DNA of 64,000 nucleotides from Eledone cirrhosa (Eukaryota): positions 385,206,001 to 385,270,000 of the forward strand of contig OZ024740.1 in the NCBI GenBank assembly GCA_964016885.1, in the 5' to 3' direction. Made by a program: the position numbers and the translations under genes. A model generated the notes under the pieces. The model had not been told where the DNA came from, ran no database searches, and saw nothing but the letters and a program-made list of their open reading frames with translations. Shown piece after piece: positions 44,126 through 58,317 of the stretch (positions are counted from its first letter, which is position 1; each line of letters opens with the position of its first letter).

Positions 44126-44439
44126 GGGGATTCCTTTCTTCGTTTCTGTGCCTTTCCTTTCTTCTATCCTACGCCATTTTGTTTCTGTGTGTGTGTTGTG
44201 TGCTCAGTTTGCGCATGCGCCACATCCGGGTGTCTGTGTGTGTTTGTGTTCATTTATCTATTTGTTTATTTATTTATTTATTTATTGTTGGTTGGTTGTT
44301 TGTTCTATGTGTGTGTGTGTTTTCATTTTGTCCTGTGTGTGTTTTCATTTTGTGTGTGTTTTCATTTTGTCCTTAATTGTAAGTTGTTTGTTCTATGTGT
44401 GTGTGTGTTTTCATTTTGTCCTTAATTGTAAGTTGTGAT

Positions 44440-46200
44440 GTTGCTGTTCCACTCATATTTTCTATTTAATTTTGGTTTTAATTCTTTTATGCTTACTGCC
44501 TCTGTAATTTTCCTAAACATTGCGTCTTTTCTGTGTGTGGATTCTATTTTTATCTCTATGCTCTCTAATCTACCCCTGTGTTCTTAGCATGTTGGTAGAG
44601 CACAGATGATTCTTTATTATGTTGGAGGTCTCGCCAGTGTTCATTTATGCGTTCCCCTATACTACGAGCTGTCTCACCTATGTACACTATATTTTTGTTT
44701 CTACATTGTCCTTCAGTACATCTTATGCTATACACTACATTTCTAGTTTTACAGTTAATATGGGGGCTTATTTTACAGGTTATACATTTCTTATCTATAC
44801 ATGAGGGTTTTGGAACGGCTATGTCTTGCTAATAAGTGTTTTTACGGAGGTACCAGGTCTTTCTACTATCTTAATATTGAGATTATGTTTATTTAGGGCC
44901 CTTCTAAATTTGTAGGCTAGTTCGCATCTAGGGGTTGTATTGATAAACATTACACTCTGGTATTTATTGCTATCATACCATGAGTTTATTCTATTGGCCT
45001 TGTTCCTAGTTCTTTCTATTTTATTCCAAAATTTGCTCCTATACAAGGGCCAGGTCCCATTTATGTCATTATTTACCATTTTTTCCCATTTGGTTCTGGC
45101 TCCTTTATACACTCTGATTCTATCTCTCTGATTGTAGCCAGAGAACTGCATACGGTGGATGAAGTGTTGTATGTGTCTCTCTAGTTCTTCGGGGTTGCAC
45201 ATGCGGGACACATTTCTCATCACCCGTACCAAATCCGCAATCAGTATGTTGATTTTGGTATGGTCCGAAATGGCCGAGTTTCGGTGGATCAGATGTTTGG
45301 AAGTCATGGGTTTGGCATAATGGGAATGGAGAATTTGTTTTTGGTTGTTAATGGTATCTAACCAGAGCTCTGTGTCTAGTACAGGTAATCGATGGTTGGG
45401 GTGTCTACTTGGGTAGTCTATAGTAACTCTAATGCTCTGGTGGATGGAGTTTGCTATTTGCTGGATGCTTTCCATTGTGTTTTTCTCTAGTTCCTGACTG
45501 TTCTTTAGTAGGGGTGTCTTAACTACGATGTTTATATCATCTACGTAGCGGGAGTACATTATCAGGGTTAAGCTGTCTTCTAATTGTTCTTTAAGTTTTT
45601 GTTTAAGTCTACTGTCCCACCATACCATGAATAAGTTAGCTATGTCGCCTGCAATGCTAACACCAATGGCTGCTCCTTCCTCTTGGGCATATGTTTTACC
45701 ATTAAATTTGAACATATGTTCCTTAAGGGTTAATTTTATGCTGGCCCCTACCGCATGTGCAATCATTTTCTTCAGTTCATCGTGGTTTTCGGGTGTCCGT
45801 ATGGCTCTGGTCCACCCGTTCCATCTATCTGTGTTGGGTTTTCTTGGCCATTGAGGTAATGGTAGGTGGTCTGCCTCTTGCTGGTCTTGTAGGGCACAGG
45901 TTGCTAAGGTCATAAGTGTCTAGGTAACTATTACTATGGGTAAGCTTAAGTAGAAGTCCCAGCTCACTGGTATCAATCCCACGGAACTCAACCTTGCTCT
46001 CGCTGATCATTTCTACGCATTTCTCCACAGCAAAATCCACGTCAATAGATGGATACAGGGACACAACATCCATACTGCCTATTATGCAGTTTGTTAGGTC
46101 CCCAGATCGGTTACCCGCGCCGATTCTGCTGAGGAGGTCCTCCGTGCTGTCACACACATCTGGGGACATCTCAATGATGGGGCGTATGATCAGGGAGAGG
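44440..46200 (-). pseudogene. PLE RT plus GIY-YIG endonuclease, frameshifted
   Basis: GSMDVVSLYPSI; QEEGAAIG; RYVDD; HYAKPM; PLYRSKFW; then CIDKKCITC..NCKTRNVVYSIRC..YIGETARSIGERINEH...LNRKYEW. Confidence 0.9.
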
Positions 46201-46445
46201 AAGTAGGACAGTCTGTGTGTTTCTTATTGGCAACATGACCCTCCCAAAGTATAACAATATATATATATAGATATAGATATAGATAGGTAAATATACACGG
46301 GTGTGTATGATTGTGTATAGAAGATTATATAATTTAGAGGAATTCCAACTTTGTCTGATTTACTCGTTTTATTTACAATCCTTTAAAATATATAATGGTA
46401 TTATAATGAAATAGTATGATAGAATATTAAATTCTAAGTGTTAAT

Positions 46446-46484
46446 TGAACAAGTACTTTCATGCTTTCGCAATCTTCAGGTTCA
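46446..46484 (-). ncRNA. Minimal type I hammerhead in the 3' pLTR of the Neptune-like PLE
   Basis: Minus strand: tgaac-CTGAAGA-t.tgc gaaa gca.t-GAAA-gtac-TT-gttca; palindromic stem III. Confidence 0.85.
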
Positions 46485-46790
46485 TAATATGTGGTGACAG
46501 TCGAGTTTGCAATTTTCAACTGTAATGAGATGGGTAAATTTCCTACCTTTTATACATTTTATACAGAGAAAAGTGGCTCCAGAATGCTAAGCCCTGTAAA
46601 CTGTATTTCGACCAATCAGTGTGTAGTTTCACTGAATTACTAAAGCTGATTGGTTTAAGCGTCACGGCTGGTTGAGCATGCTAACAACCAATGATCATAT
46701 CCAAAGCATCAATTGTTTTGCTATTTTTAGAAATGATGAAAATAGCATTTTCTATTAATCATCACCATCAACATCACTTTTATTATTATT

Positions 46791-46835
<45 letters not shown>

Positions 46836-46882
46836 AGTGGTCGTGGTCATAGTGGTAGTAGAAGTAATGCCCCTAAGCGTTA

Positions 46883-47905
46883 TTATTGTTCGTTTAGCTT
46901 GGGTTTGAATTTATCAATAACATTCTTTTCTTTGATTTTTCTCTTGATTTCACTTGGGCTGTGTAATTTGTAGAATGGGAATATTATAAATATTCCCTGA
47001 CCACATGTTGCCAGGTGGCCGCTTAGGGGTATCTGACGGACATTTGGGTCTCTGATTTGTTGACGGTGTACCCGTGCACGTTCCGATAGTGCATTTCCAG
47101 TTTGACCGACATATAGTTCTTCACAATTCGGGCATTTAACGCAGTAAATTAGATTTCTGCTTTTGCAGTTCATATTTGCATTTGGGAATATTTTTCCAGT
47201 TTTTGTTTTCATATATTGACCGGCGTGTATGGATTGACATGTGCCGCATCGACTATCATTGCATTTAGATACAGTGAATGATTGGTCTTTGTTGTTAAGG
47301 TCAAACTTTGCTTTTGTTAGTAATTGCTTCAAATTTTTTGGCTGTCTTTTACTAAGAGTCAAAGATCGATCTGTGATTAAGCCTTTTAATTCATTACTTT
47401 GAGCAATGATCGGTAGATTTGCTTTGGCAGTGTTGAAGATATTCTGGTGACATGGGTTGTGTGTCATTATAAATGGTATGACCAGTTCTTGGTTTCTTCT
47501 TCCTTGGGTTGTTCTAAGTTGTTGTATAGGTATTTTTATAGCCCGCTGTATGCCATTTTCTATAAGTAGAGATGGGTATTTTTGTTTGAGCAAAAATTCT
47601 CTTAGTTCTGTTAGGCGTTTGTACCTGGTATTCGTATCTTCTACAATGGTACAAATTCTTCTGGCTAGGCAGTATGGGATGTTGCGTTTTGTATGAGGTG
47701 GATGGCACGACTTAAAATTCAGATATTGATGGGTGTCTGTGTGTTTATAATATATATCCGTGGTAATGGTGGTGTCGTTTTTGATTATCATTATATCTAG
47801 GAATGGTAATTTGGTCCTACTCATCTCTTTTGTGAATTGGAGAGATGGGTGTAGGTTATTCAGGAGGATATTGAACTCATCCAGAGTATCTGGTGACAGT
47901 GGCTA
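46883..47905 (-). CDS. Neptune-like PLE, 5'-truncated: RT thumb, Cys-rich linker and GIY-YIG endonuclease
   Basis: LPFLDI..DIYYKHTDTHQYLNFKSCHPPHTKRNIPY; CNDSRCGTC; NCKSRNLIYCVKCPNC..YVGQT...ERARVH; PKLN. Confidence 0.9.
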
Positions 47906-47974
47906 GGTGTAGAGAAGCAAGCATATGTGTGCAATATTAAAGAAATTGGGGAGGGGAGTTGAGTTCATTAGAGA

Positions 47975-48051
<77 letters not shown>

Positions 48052-49776
48052 TAATAGTATCAATATATATATATACTAGTGTACTCTTGTCAGAAGAATT
48101 GATAACAGGTTTATTAATTATAAAGAATATTTTTCAATAAGAAAAACAAAGATGTATATTTCGCTTGGGATATATGAAATGAAAATGAATTAAGCACCTA
48201 TAGATGTAGATAATAAAAAGAAAGTGAATTAATTTTTTTCAGTCAGTTGTTTATATGTTGAAGAAATGGTTGAACTTAGATGACCTAATGTGCGTGTAAC
48301 TATCGTTGAGGAGATAATAATAGCTTATCCATTTATTTATTTATTTATATATTTATTTATTGGAAGAAATAATAATGAAGAACATAATGAAAGGAATTAC
48401 TTTCTCCGATATAATCACCAGACAATTTGTGAACACCCAAACATAATGTCTTTATGACACTCTTGTATTGGATTCGTTATTAAAACACCATGTAATCCTT
48501 TTTCTTTAAGATTATGGACTTTAAAAACTAACGCATTCAGGAAAGAATAGTTATCAAAATTCGTTTATCGATTAAAAAAAATAAAAAATTCAAAGGGAGA
48601 AGATTTACCACGAAACAGTAGGTACTTTCTATTTTCTTTCCCTTTCAGTCTCATTCCTTCTCATAATATAATATACTATTTTATATACCTAAACCGAAAC
48701 ATCCTCAAACAAAATACCTTTTGCAGCAATGTCTACTGCAAATACTCTTTCGCTCAGTCAGTTATGTTCTGACGATTTACCAACCTCCGGGGCTGTGGGA
48801 AGGCCAGCACGTGGGACCCCATTTGCTCACCATACGGAGAGATGGGGAGGGCTAGAGAGATGGAGGCGATGACATTGGGAGTTCGACTGACTTATTCTTG
48901 TAACATTCATTTGCCGTTGCCACATTATATCCTATACCCAAAGAAATAAAAATCATATACAGTAAAATATATTGAATTTATGGAAATATAGTACTATATT
49001 AACCAACTGCCATAATTGTTAAGCACGTATTTGAAAAGGAAAAGCTGGAAAGTGAGCGTTTCTCAAAGGAGTTTATATTCCAGGTAGTTATATATAATCG
49101 ATGGACTTCCATCGGTTCCGACGACGAATCTTACAGTTGTTCAAACAACGCAAATTCCAGTTTCTGAAATTAATTAGCAAGCATTTCAGAATTCCACAGA
49201 CATGTGCGTTTTTAATCTAGTTTTCAGTAGGATTCGGCATAACACGATGTGTGGTGAGACTTGTACTTTCAATTGCAGCTACAAGTCATTTTTGCGAGCT
49301 GAGTGGACTAGAGCATCGTAAAATAAAGTATGGTGCTTAATCATACACGCCACTGGGGATCGAACATACGATTGTAAGCCGAATACTCTACCCAGTAAAT
49401 AGTGCACCTTCACACACATATAGATATACATGCGTATATTCATAATCTTGTATATCTCTGTGTGTATGTATGTGTGTTGTGGTCGATGTGGTTGACGATG
49501 TTGTTCAACACGTTATATATGCTAATCGCATCCTCGTGAGAGAAAGTCAGCGTGCGAATGTTACCTGTCTATCTCAAGATGTAGCAAGTGTTGAGCGTAC
49601 TGCGTTCTAGCTAGTCCATCTATGCAATGTCTAATTAACCTAACACCTTTCACTATTCGTAGTTAAAGTGTCCTTTTATATGTGGTATCAACAGATTGAA
49701 CATAAGTGTTGTTCATACATACATGCGTACACACACGCACACACACGCACTCGCGCGCGCGCGCGCACCCCCCCCC

Positions 49777-49807
<31 letters not shown>

Positions 49808-49816
49808 ATACATACG

Positions 49817-49857
<41 letters not shown>

Positions 49858-50074
49858 GATGTGTTGAAAAGCAAATTGGTCAATTACTGATTAGAAACGT
49901 TGCCCTTATTGGCCGATACCGATTAATCGACCGCCGATTAATCTGAATATATAATTATGTATTGAGATATGAAAATGAGTATTGAAATTAATTGTAAGTT
50001 ATATTTCGTAATCAATCACAATTGTGGAGATATTGTTTTGGACCATATGTTGATAAAATTAGGCAGATATTACC

Positions 50075-50570
50075 GTAGATACACACTTCCTCCCAGGACA
50101 AAAATACCACTAGGTATTTAACCGTCACACGGTTAAAAATTGAATACTCCTGTACCAGGAACATGAAATCATGCCTCCTGCATAAACATCAGAGCCCCAA
50201 AGTATATGGATGTTCCTGTAAAAACCCTCAGTCAACAATGCAACAGCCCAACGACAATATACGAAGCAGAGGTTTCCCCATTGAACCAACACCACCAAAA
50301 CAGGCCCTGGAAATACGTTGGTATGTCAGAGAACCGGTTAAAAAACCATTTCTTCAATCACAAAACGATCTTGAAATACCTAAATATACGAAACCCATTT
50401 GGCAACTCAAAGACAGGAACGTTGATTTCTCCATCAGATGGAAGATACTAGAAAAATGTCGACCTTATATAAATGGCCTGCAAATTGTGTAATGATGAAA
50501 AGTGGTAGATATTGAATAATCTGTATAGTAATAACAATCCACTTAACACATGCATGAAGTACTTCTCGTG
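50075..50570 (+). pseudogene. Degenerate PLE GIY-YIG fragment
   Basis: DTHFLP..KYH..FNRHTVK; GCSCKNP; CNSPTTIYEAEV..YVGMSEN; IWQLKDRNVDFSIRWKILEKCRPY. Confidence 0.8.
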
Positions 50571-51264
50571 TCTCTAAGTATCTTTTGAATAAATGTCTCC
50601 TTAATTTTGATTTACATACTTCTTAACCATTCGATCTTTTCCTTAACCATCGATTTCTTTCTAGCCCTCCTACTTGTTAGTCATAATTATTAACTATTAA
50701 TTTAGCGTTGCCCACCTTACTTTTTTAGGTCTAATTGTCTCACTTACACCATCCGGACTATCTACCTTTAATTTGACTCTGTTCCTTTTTATTCTTCTTT
50801 TTCGCCCCTATGAGTAAGCACTTTCCGAATCATTTTCATCGGCAGAGGTTGAACAATTTTGTCATCAATGACCATAAACGTGCGTAGCTGGTATGTTGCC
50901 GCTGAAGTAACTAATCTGAATAATTTAGTAGTATTTATAGACAAAGGTGTATACAATTGTCTATACATAGTTTCGGTTAAAATCTATACCTATATTCTCT
51001 ATAGTGTTTTCAATGAAACAAAACACTGTTCACGTTACAGAAATTTATTGATGGAAATAGCTGCCAAGAATGCTTTTTATGTACTCATTAGACTATCCAA
51101 TTATTAGCGGATTTATAAGTAATGCCCCAATAGACAATCGAAGATATTACTGGTCCGGTAATGAAATCCCATCACAGTTCTTTACTTAATAAACATTCTG
51201 AAATAATTTTTGCATGCATTAACAAATGATATAAGCACCAAAAACTTATAAAACATGTATTAGA

Positions 51265-53445
51265 CAATTGTTTCTACTTTTGGCACAAGGCCAGTAATTA
51301 ACCAGTGTATTACTGGTACTTTATTTTATCGACCCCGTAAGGATGAAAGGCAAAGTTAACCTCGGCGGGATTTGAACTCAGAATGGCAAGGGCCGTAACT
51401 CTATGCGTCCGACCCTCTGTCGATACTGCCAATCCACCGCCCTATTGTCAAAACAACAAAACATGTATTAGATAATGTTTGCTGTTAGGTACAGGTAATG
51501 GCTCTATGCATACATCACTGCGATATTTCATCTACTTATATATTTTACATAATGTTCTACTTTTACTCATATGTGAAAATGAACCCTAGACTAACCGTTT
51601 TTTTTTTTTAAGAATAATTCGACAATTCGTATTCCTTATTTTATATCCATATATTTGTGTCCTGAAGGAACACGAGTTCAAGGAATTATAATAGCCATTG
51701 ATTCCGGTCTTCCGTAAAGAATCTCTTCTCAAATTATAGTCAAAATAAAAGAAGAATTTTTAAACTGCCATACACAATCAAAGAAATGTTATTAGCAATA
51801 TAGCAATATATCTCTTCTTGTAGTACTTGACAAACGTTATTTAAGACTTTTATCTTCTTAAAATATTTACATTAAATATATTGAAAATTAAAAGCAAAAA
51901 AGAGCAACATCGGCCTACCTTGAAGAAAATGTAATATTTTGTCAGACGAATGCAGTCTTCCCATAACAAATCGAAATAATAAATTTGCTGTTTGATCTAC
52001 ATTTTCTGCAGCCTTGCTTACATAAATCCTATATCAAAACTTAATAATTAGTTTTAACTTTAAAAAATTTTAAAGAAATATTTCAAAGTAGCTTAATAAT
52101 GGTATCTGATTTAGGCACAAGGCCAACAAATTTGGGGTTAGGAAAATCGATTAAAGCGACACCAGTGCATTACTGGTACATTATTTTATCGACCCCGTAA
52201 GGATGAAAGGCAGAGCTAACCTCGGTGGAATTTGAACTCAGAACGAAAAGGGACGTAACTCTATACCACAAAGCATATTGTCCGACGCTCTACCGATACT
52301 GCCAATCCACCACTTTTAAAATAATGGTTTCTGATTAAGCCACAAGGCCAACAATTTGGGGGCAAGGAAAAATCGATTTAATCGACCCCAGTGCATTACT
52401 GGTGCTTTATTTCATCGACTCCGTAAGGATGAAAAGCAAAGTTAACCTCGGCGGGATTTGAACTTAGACCGTAAAGGGCCATAACTATATGCCGCAAACC
52501 AAGGTATCCGACGCTCTACCGATACCGCCAATCTACCGCCCTCAAAGTAGCTTACTAATGATTTCTAGTATAGGAACATGGCCATTAATTTAGGGGGAGG
52601 GGAAAGTCGATTAAATCGAACCCAGTACGTTACTGGCGCTTTATTCTATCGAACCCGTAAAGTCAAAAGGCAAAGTTAACCTCGGTAAAATTTAAACTCA
52701 GACTGTAAAGGGCTGTATCTATATGCGGAAAATCATGGTGTCTGATGCTCTATCGATGCTGCCGGAGAATAACTAGCATGATGTGACTACTTCTGAAGCC
52801 TACTTTTTCGTTCGGTTTTTAGAACGAAAATAAACAATTATAATTTTACCGGTAAAACCACGTTTTTCTACTATTCCCTTATTACCGAAGATAATGATAA
52901 ATATTTTAAAGAATTTTATCTACAATCGGGATTTCGGAGAGTTTCGAACTCGCGACATTCTGCATGTTACTGAGATGTGATAATAACTACATAATAGTTT
53001 CTTATATAGACACAACACCAGCAATTTTGGGAAAGGGGAAAGTCGATTAAATCGACCCCAGTGCGTGACTGGTACTTTATTTTATCGACCCCATAAGGAT
53101 GAAAGGCAAAGTTAACCTCGGCGGATTTGAACTCAGAACGTAAAGAGACGTACTATGCCGCGAAGCAAGGTGTCCTACCGATTCCACCATTCTACCGCCC
53201 TTAGCAACTACATAATGAAACCACATATAAGACGATTAATTGGTAGAGATGTTAGAGCGTCGTATTAAATGTTTTAATATTTGTTCCGTATCTTTACTCT
53301 CTGAGTTCAAATCCCGTCGAAGCCAACTTTGTGCTTCATCCTTCTGAGTTGATAAATAAAGAACGATTTCATGAGAGATGGATTGGTAAAATAGTCAGAG
53401 ACGGTCGAGATATCTCTGTACACTCTGAGTTCAAATCCTGCCTCC
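51265..53445. mobile_element. Dense cluster of tRNA-derived SINEs, including a head-to-tail run at ~52100-52765
   Basis: At least 7 copies of the GGCAAAGTTAACCTCGGCGGGATTTGAACTC family, mostly on the minus strand. Further copies at ~32225, 32490, 36100, 54800, 54990, 55510, 56965, 57205, 57735 and 60326. Confidence 0.9.
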
Positions 53446-55675
53446 TGTCAAGAAAAGTGGTGGCAATCCTGTCAGGAGTTACGACCGACAAATGATTTCT
53501 GCAATGAAAAGGCTAGTAGAAATGTTGATCCTTAGTTCGATCAAACGATCGGTTTCTTTCCTTTCCTTACTCATTTTTAACGAATAGATTAACGAAAACG
53601 ATTGTACTAAGTAAATTATATATTTGAAAGACTATTTGAAGAAAACAACATAAAATCGCTTAAATATTTACTCGATAAAGTAACAAATCTAGACTAACAG
53701 CCATAAAAAAGTGTTACTTCACAACACTTATTTACGAAATTCATTCAGTATTAAAAATAAAATGCTTAGCGATCAACCCCATCGCTCATTTGTTATTTCA
53801 AAAGATTTAACTAATCACTGCAACTAAGCTTCAAGTTTCTGTAGTAATAGCTTGGTAGCAACAACATGGATTCGAAACGATTCGGATAATGGTCATTTAC
53901 TCTGACCACTAAGCAGAGGCGGTTGTACATGGAAGCCATCCAGATTCTGAAAACGAGATCGAGACCCATTGCACTGAGTACCAACGCCAAGTAGTATCGA
54001 AGATTTTGGATTGATCCAAATGAATTAGACCCACTGAAACCAGATTCATTATCCATCCTTTCCTATACTGTGCATTAGATTAAGATGGAGGTAGTAATGG
54101 ATAGATTTGCCTGGAATCGCGCATGTTTTCGTAGTTATAGTCAGACTACGGACGACAAGCGCCAAACTCTTCGCTAGAACTTTGACTAAAATCATAAACT
54201 CTGTATTTGGGATAGTATATGCCAGATATTGACGATGATACCCTTCTTGTATGCATCCTTTCTTGGCAGTTACATCACTCTCCAGATAACACATATCGGA
54301 ATGTTTCAAGTGTGTTGCTAGTTACAATAGACGTTTGCCAAGACAACGGCAAACAAGTTTGGCATGCATCCATAATGCTAGTAGTACAGACTATTCAAAC
54401 CAGACGATTTACTCCTTATCCAACCAGTCATTGCAGACTGTATCTCAGATGATATTATCGACTTTTCACAAGACTCCATCTTTTCTGTCCAGAACTGTGG
54501 CAAGCTGTCTAGGTAGACATGGAAGTCCATCGGCCTCAACCCACTACAGATAGTCGAGTAAAGTTCCCTTTATTTTCTTTATCTCCTTTTCTACTCCACT
54601 GCCTAGTTTTCTGGCTAGTCTATTATTTTATGCCACTACCTCTTTGCTATAATGTATCGATTCTACTCTAATGTCCCTTTAAAGAGAGATATACCACCGG
54701 TCGTTGATGATCAACCCTGTTAATTCTAATTACGTAATTCGCCAAGAGTCATTGTTCAAAATTTTGTTGAAAGAATATAGGGGTTTTAAATAGACCCTAC
54801 TACTTAACTTTTATAGACCTTGGACAGATGAAATTCAAAATCAACTTCAGGAAGATTTGAACTCAGAACTTAAAAGAAGTAAATAAGCCATAAGTCATTC
54901 GATTCTTGAAATATCTCTCTCACATCATAATAACTGTTTCTAATATTAGCATAGGCGGCAAATTGGCAGAATGATTTATGGTATTCGTTCCGGTCCTCTG
55001 CTCTCTGATTTCAAATCCTGCCGAGGTCAACTTTGCCTTTCATCCTTTCGAGGTCGATAAAAAAGTACTAGTCTAGTACTGGAGTGGATTCTTCCTCTAT
55101 ATCTCTTTCTCAGTTCCTCTCGTTCATTTTCTACCTTTCTCTGGAAGAAATCTGCTGTACTTAGGTCTGGAGAGGAGATGGGCTCCACCGGGCTTAAAAT
55201 GCCCAAGAAACGCCGCGTCAAAACGGCGCTCCTACAACTCTATCAAGAGTTACGGGACTGTACATATGTACATACAACATAAGCACAAGGCTAGTAATTT
55301 GGGGGGTAGGGAGAGCCAATTAAATTGATCTCAATGCTGTCTCGTTTCTCTTCCCATATGTAACTCCTGATGGAGCCATAGTGATGCTGTAGTGGCATAT
55401 GGAGTTTCTAGAGTATCTTTAAAACCTGGTGGAGCCCATCTCCTCTCCAGGTCTGAATAAAGCAGATTTCTTCTAGATGCGGAGAGAGAGTATGAAAGAG
55501 ATACAGCAGAAGAATCGATCCCAGTAATAGACTGGTACTTTTTTTATCGATCCCGAAAAGGTGAAAGGCAAAGCTAACCTCGGCGGGATTTGAACTCAGA
55601 ACGCAAAAGACCATAACTAAAGCATTTTGTCTGACGCTGTAACGTTCATATCTGTGTTGCATTATAGGAATATTG

Positions 55676-55919
55676 TATAGGCACAATATTCCTATAATTG
55701 TTTCTACTTTTGGCACAAGGCCAGCAATTACCCAGTGTATTACTGGTACTTTATTTTATCGACCCCGTAAGGATGAAAGGCAAAGTTAACCAATCCCGCC
55801 GAGGTTAACTTTGCCTTTCATCCTTACGGGGTCGATAAAATAAAGTACCAGTAATACACTGGGTTATTTGCTGGCCTTGTGCCAAAAGTAGAAACAATTA
55901 TAGGAATATTGTGCCTATA
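55676..55919. repeat. Near-perfect palindrome (~116-bp arms, 11-nt spacer) of a SINE 3' half plus its flank
   Basis: TATAGGCACAATATTCC...GGCAAAGTTAACC-aatcccgccga-GGTTAACTTTGCC...GGAATATTGTGCCTATA. Confidence 0.92.
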
Positions 55920-57506
55920 TAAGAAATCATTATAGGAATATAAATCGACTTTATTTCTTGACAAGTACTTTATTTTATGGAACTCAGAAGTTGAAAGTGA
56001 AAGGAAGAAAGAGTAAAAGAAAATGAGAGAGAGAGAAGGGGGGGGCGGCGGTGGTCGATTTTGTATTTTTCAGTACCTCCCCCTCCCACAAAAAAATCTA
56101 AAAATAGATGCATAAATTACACACATACGGTCACATATATACATATATACATATATACATACATGCATACATTTTTTGTGGGTTTGAGAGATAAAGATAA
56201 CTTAAGTTCTTTATCGCTATAACAATGTTGTTAATGGGTGTAGTGAGGGTCAAAGAGAGAGAAAGAAAGAGGGGGAGGGAGAGAGAGAAGCGGGAGGGGG
56301 GGGGGGACAGAAGCAGAGCACTATATAATTAAACATTCTATTTAGAGATCTTTTTTTTTCCTTTTCAGTACCAGATACTGATTTATTTATTGAAAATAAA
56401 AGTTATGAACTGCTTAGGTTGTCTGTCATGGGACAAAGCGTTAAGGAACATTATACAGGTGAAAGTGAGCCGGAGGGGTAAACGATAGACGGAGAAAATA
56501 ATCGGAGCAGCAAACGACGAAGAAGAGTGAGGGTGAAAGTAAGAGTAAGTAAACAGCAGATGATATAACTATTGTTACCGCGTATAAAGTTCTTGAAATA
56601 ATTGTTGAATGCAACGACGAGGACTGGATTAACCATTAAGCAAAATTAGCATATGCTTAAGGCATCAAGGGAAAATGAACACCGTTTTATCAAAATTAAA
56701 TATATGTCATTCCAATATCAAACAAATAGATTTTGCAGATTTTTATATATGGAGAGAGGGCACCATATTCCTATACGTGCTTCAAACCCCAAAACATATC
56801 CTGGCCCTGTTTTCAACCATAGAGAACAAGGAAAGTAATAAATATAGCATCAGTAAACATTTTATACTTTTTTGATATTGTTATATTTTAGGATGATCAA
56901 CTTAGCAATTTTTTAATATTACGTTTATGTATTTCTTCTGCAAGTTTCTTGATGTGAAATCGTGTGTTACGGCCCTTTATGGTCTGAGTTCAAATCCCGC
57001 CGGGGTTAACTTTGCCTTTCATCCTTACGGGGTCGATATAATAAAGCACCAGTAATACACTGGGATAATTGCTGGCCTTGAGCCAAAAGTAGAAACACTT
57101 ATTATATTTGGGGATGGTCATGTCAATATTGCCAAAAGAAACACACGCACCATATAAATTTCACTTTATCTTTATTGTTCATTATTCATTTTTAATATTA
57201 TATTGGCTGTATCGGTAGAGCGTTGGACAACATGCTTTATGGCATAGAGTTACAGCCCTTTACGATCTAAGTTCAAATCCTGCTGAGGTTAGCTTTGCCG
57301 TTCATCCTTACGGGATCGATAAAATAAAGTACCAGTAATGCACTGGAGTCGATTTAATCGACCCGCCCTAAAAAAAAAAATAATATATATATATGATGTG
57401 AGTAATATTAAATATTATCCAATTACAAGTATGATAATAGCTCAAGTATATTACAGAGCCGAAATACTTTATAAATAACAATCAAAGAGTGTTTAAAACA
57501 TTTAAT

Positions 57507-57553
57507 CACTTACAATCGTTTCATCCTAGCACAAGGCCACATTCATCAGAATA
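57507..57553 (-). ncRNA. Minimal hammerhead in an inverted pLTR copy
   Basis: Minus strand: tatt-CTGATGA-at gtggccttgtgctagg at-GAAA-c gatt g-TA-agtg. Confidence 0.6.
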
Positions 57554-58270
57554 TATAATAAAGGTTGAAACACAATATAATATCTCCCCTTTATTGAAAT
57601 ATCTGGCGCTTTTTCCGATGATAACACTTGTTGATTATATTTACTCAACATTAATTCCGTTGAATGGTTTGATTAATAATAATTCAACCTATATTTGATT
57701 TTGATTTTGCTGAGTATACTTATTCAACATTATTACCTGCCTTTCATCCTTACGGGGTCGATAAAATAAAGTACCAGTAATACACTGGGTAATTGCTGGC
57801 CTTGTGCCAATAGTAGAAACAATTATTACCTTTGAATGGTTTGAAAAATAATAGTTTATTTTTATGACTGAATTACGCAGTCGAACGTTTTATATCAATT
57901 ATTAAAAATATATTTTAGAGATGTATTTTTATTTTTTAGATTTATATTTGAACTGCACACCTGCTCTTATTAACTTTATAAACTTTTGTAATGCTTATGA
58001 TATATGTTTATTTAATAATTAGGATATGTCTTGCACTATACTTAACCTTTCTATAGCAGCATATTTCTCTATAGCAGCATGTTTTTTTATTATTTTTAAT
58101 GCTTTTAGCTGCTCCTAATTTTATTTTATTGCATATATATGCTTCTTCCGCCTTTGCTATCTTTTCTAATATAAATGTTGATACTTATGCTTACTTCCCA
58201 TATTATGTATCCTCCTAATGTTCTTATGACAAACTTCTGATATTATATTTGTGTTTCAACCTTTATTATA

Positions 58271-58317
58271 TACTCCGACGAATCCGGCCTTGTGCTAGGA
58301 TGAAACGGCCGTAAGTG
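58271..58317 (+). ncRNA. Minimal hammerhead (CCGACGA core) in a pLTR
   Basis: tact-CCGACGA-atcc ggccttgtgcta ggat-GAAA-cggccg-TA-agtg; 57489-57584 and 58239-58335 are inverted copies. Confidence 0.7.

Larger units (their letters stand above)
43915..46260 (-). mobile_element. 5'-truncated Penelope-like element (Naiad-like) with 3' pLTR and a 46-bp inverted tail at the 5' junction
   Basis: 43915-43960 is the exact reverse complement of 46215-46260; RT and GIY-YIG lie between. Confidence 0.9.

Noticed and set aside
44570-44830. Selenocysteine recoding, as reported for some Naiad PLEs
   Set aside because: The linker and endonuclease cysteines are TGT codons; the break after ISKT is a TAG/frameshift, not an in-frame TGA.
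50808-50846. Minus-strand CCGATGA...GAAA-gtgc-TT
   Set aside because: Stems I and II do not pair, and it is antisense to the adjacent PLE fragment.
52100-52765. CRISPR-like or regularly spaced array
   Set aside because: The units are ~215-240-bp whole SINE copies with no unique spacers, in a eukaryotic context.
53800-54560. Higher-complexity stretch as a possible host exon
   Set aside because: Only short ORFs on both strands, no recognisable domain and no convincing splice pair.
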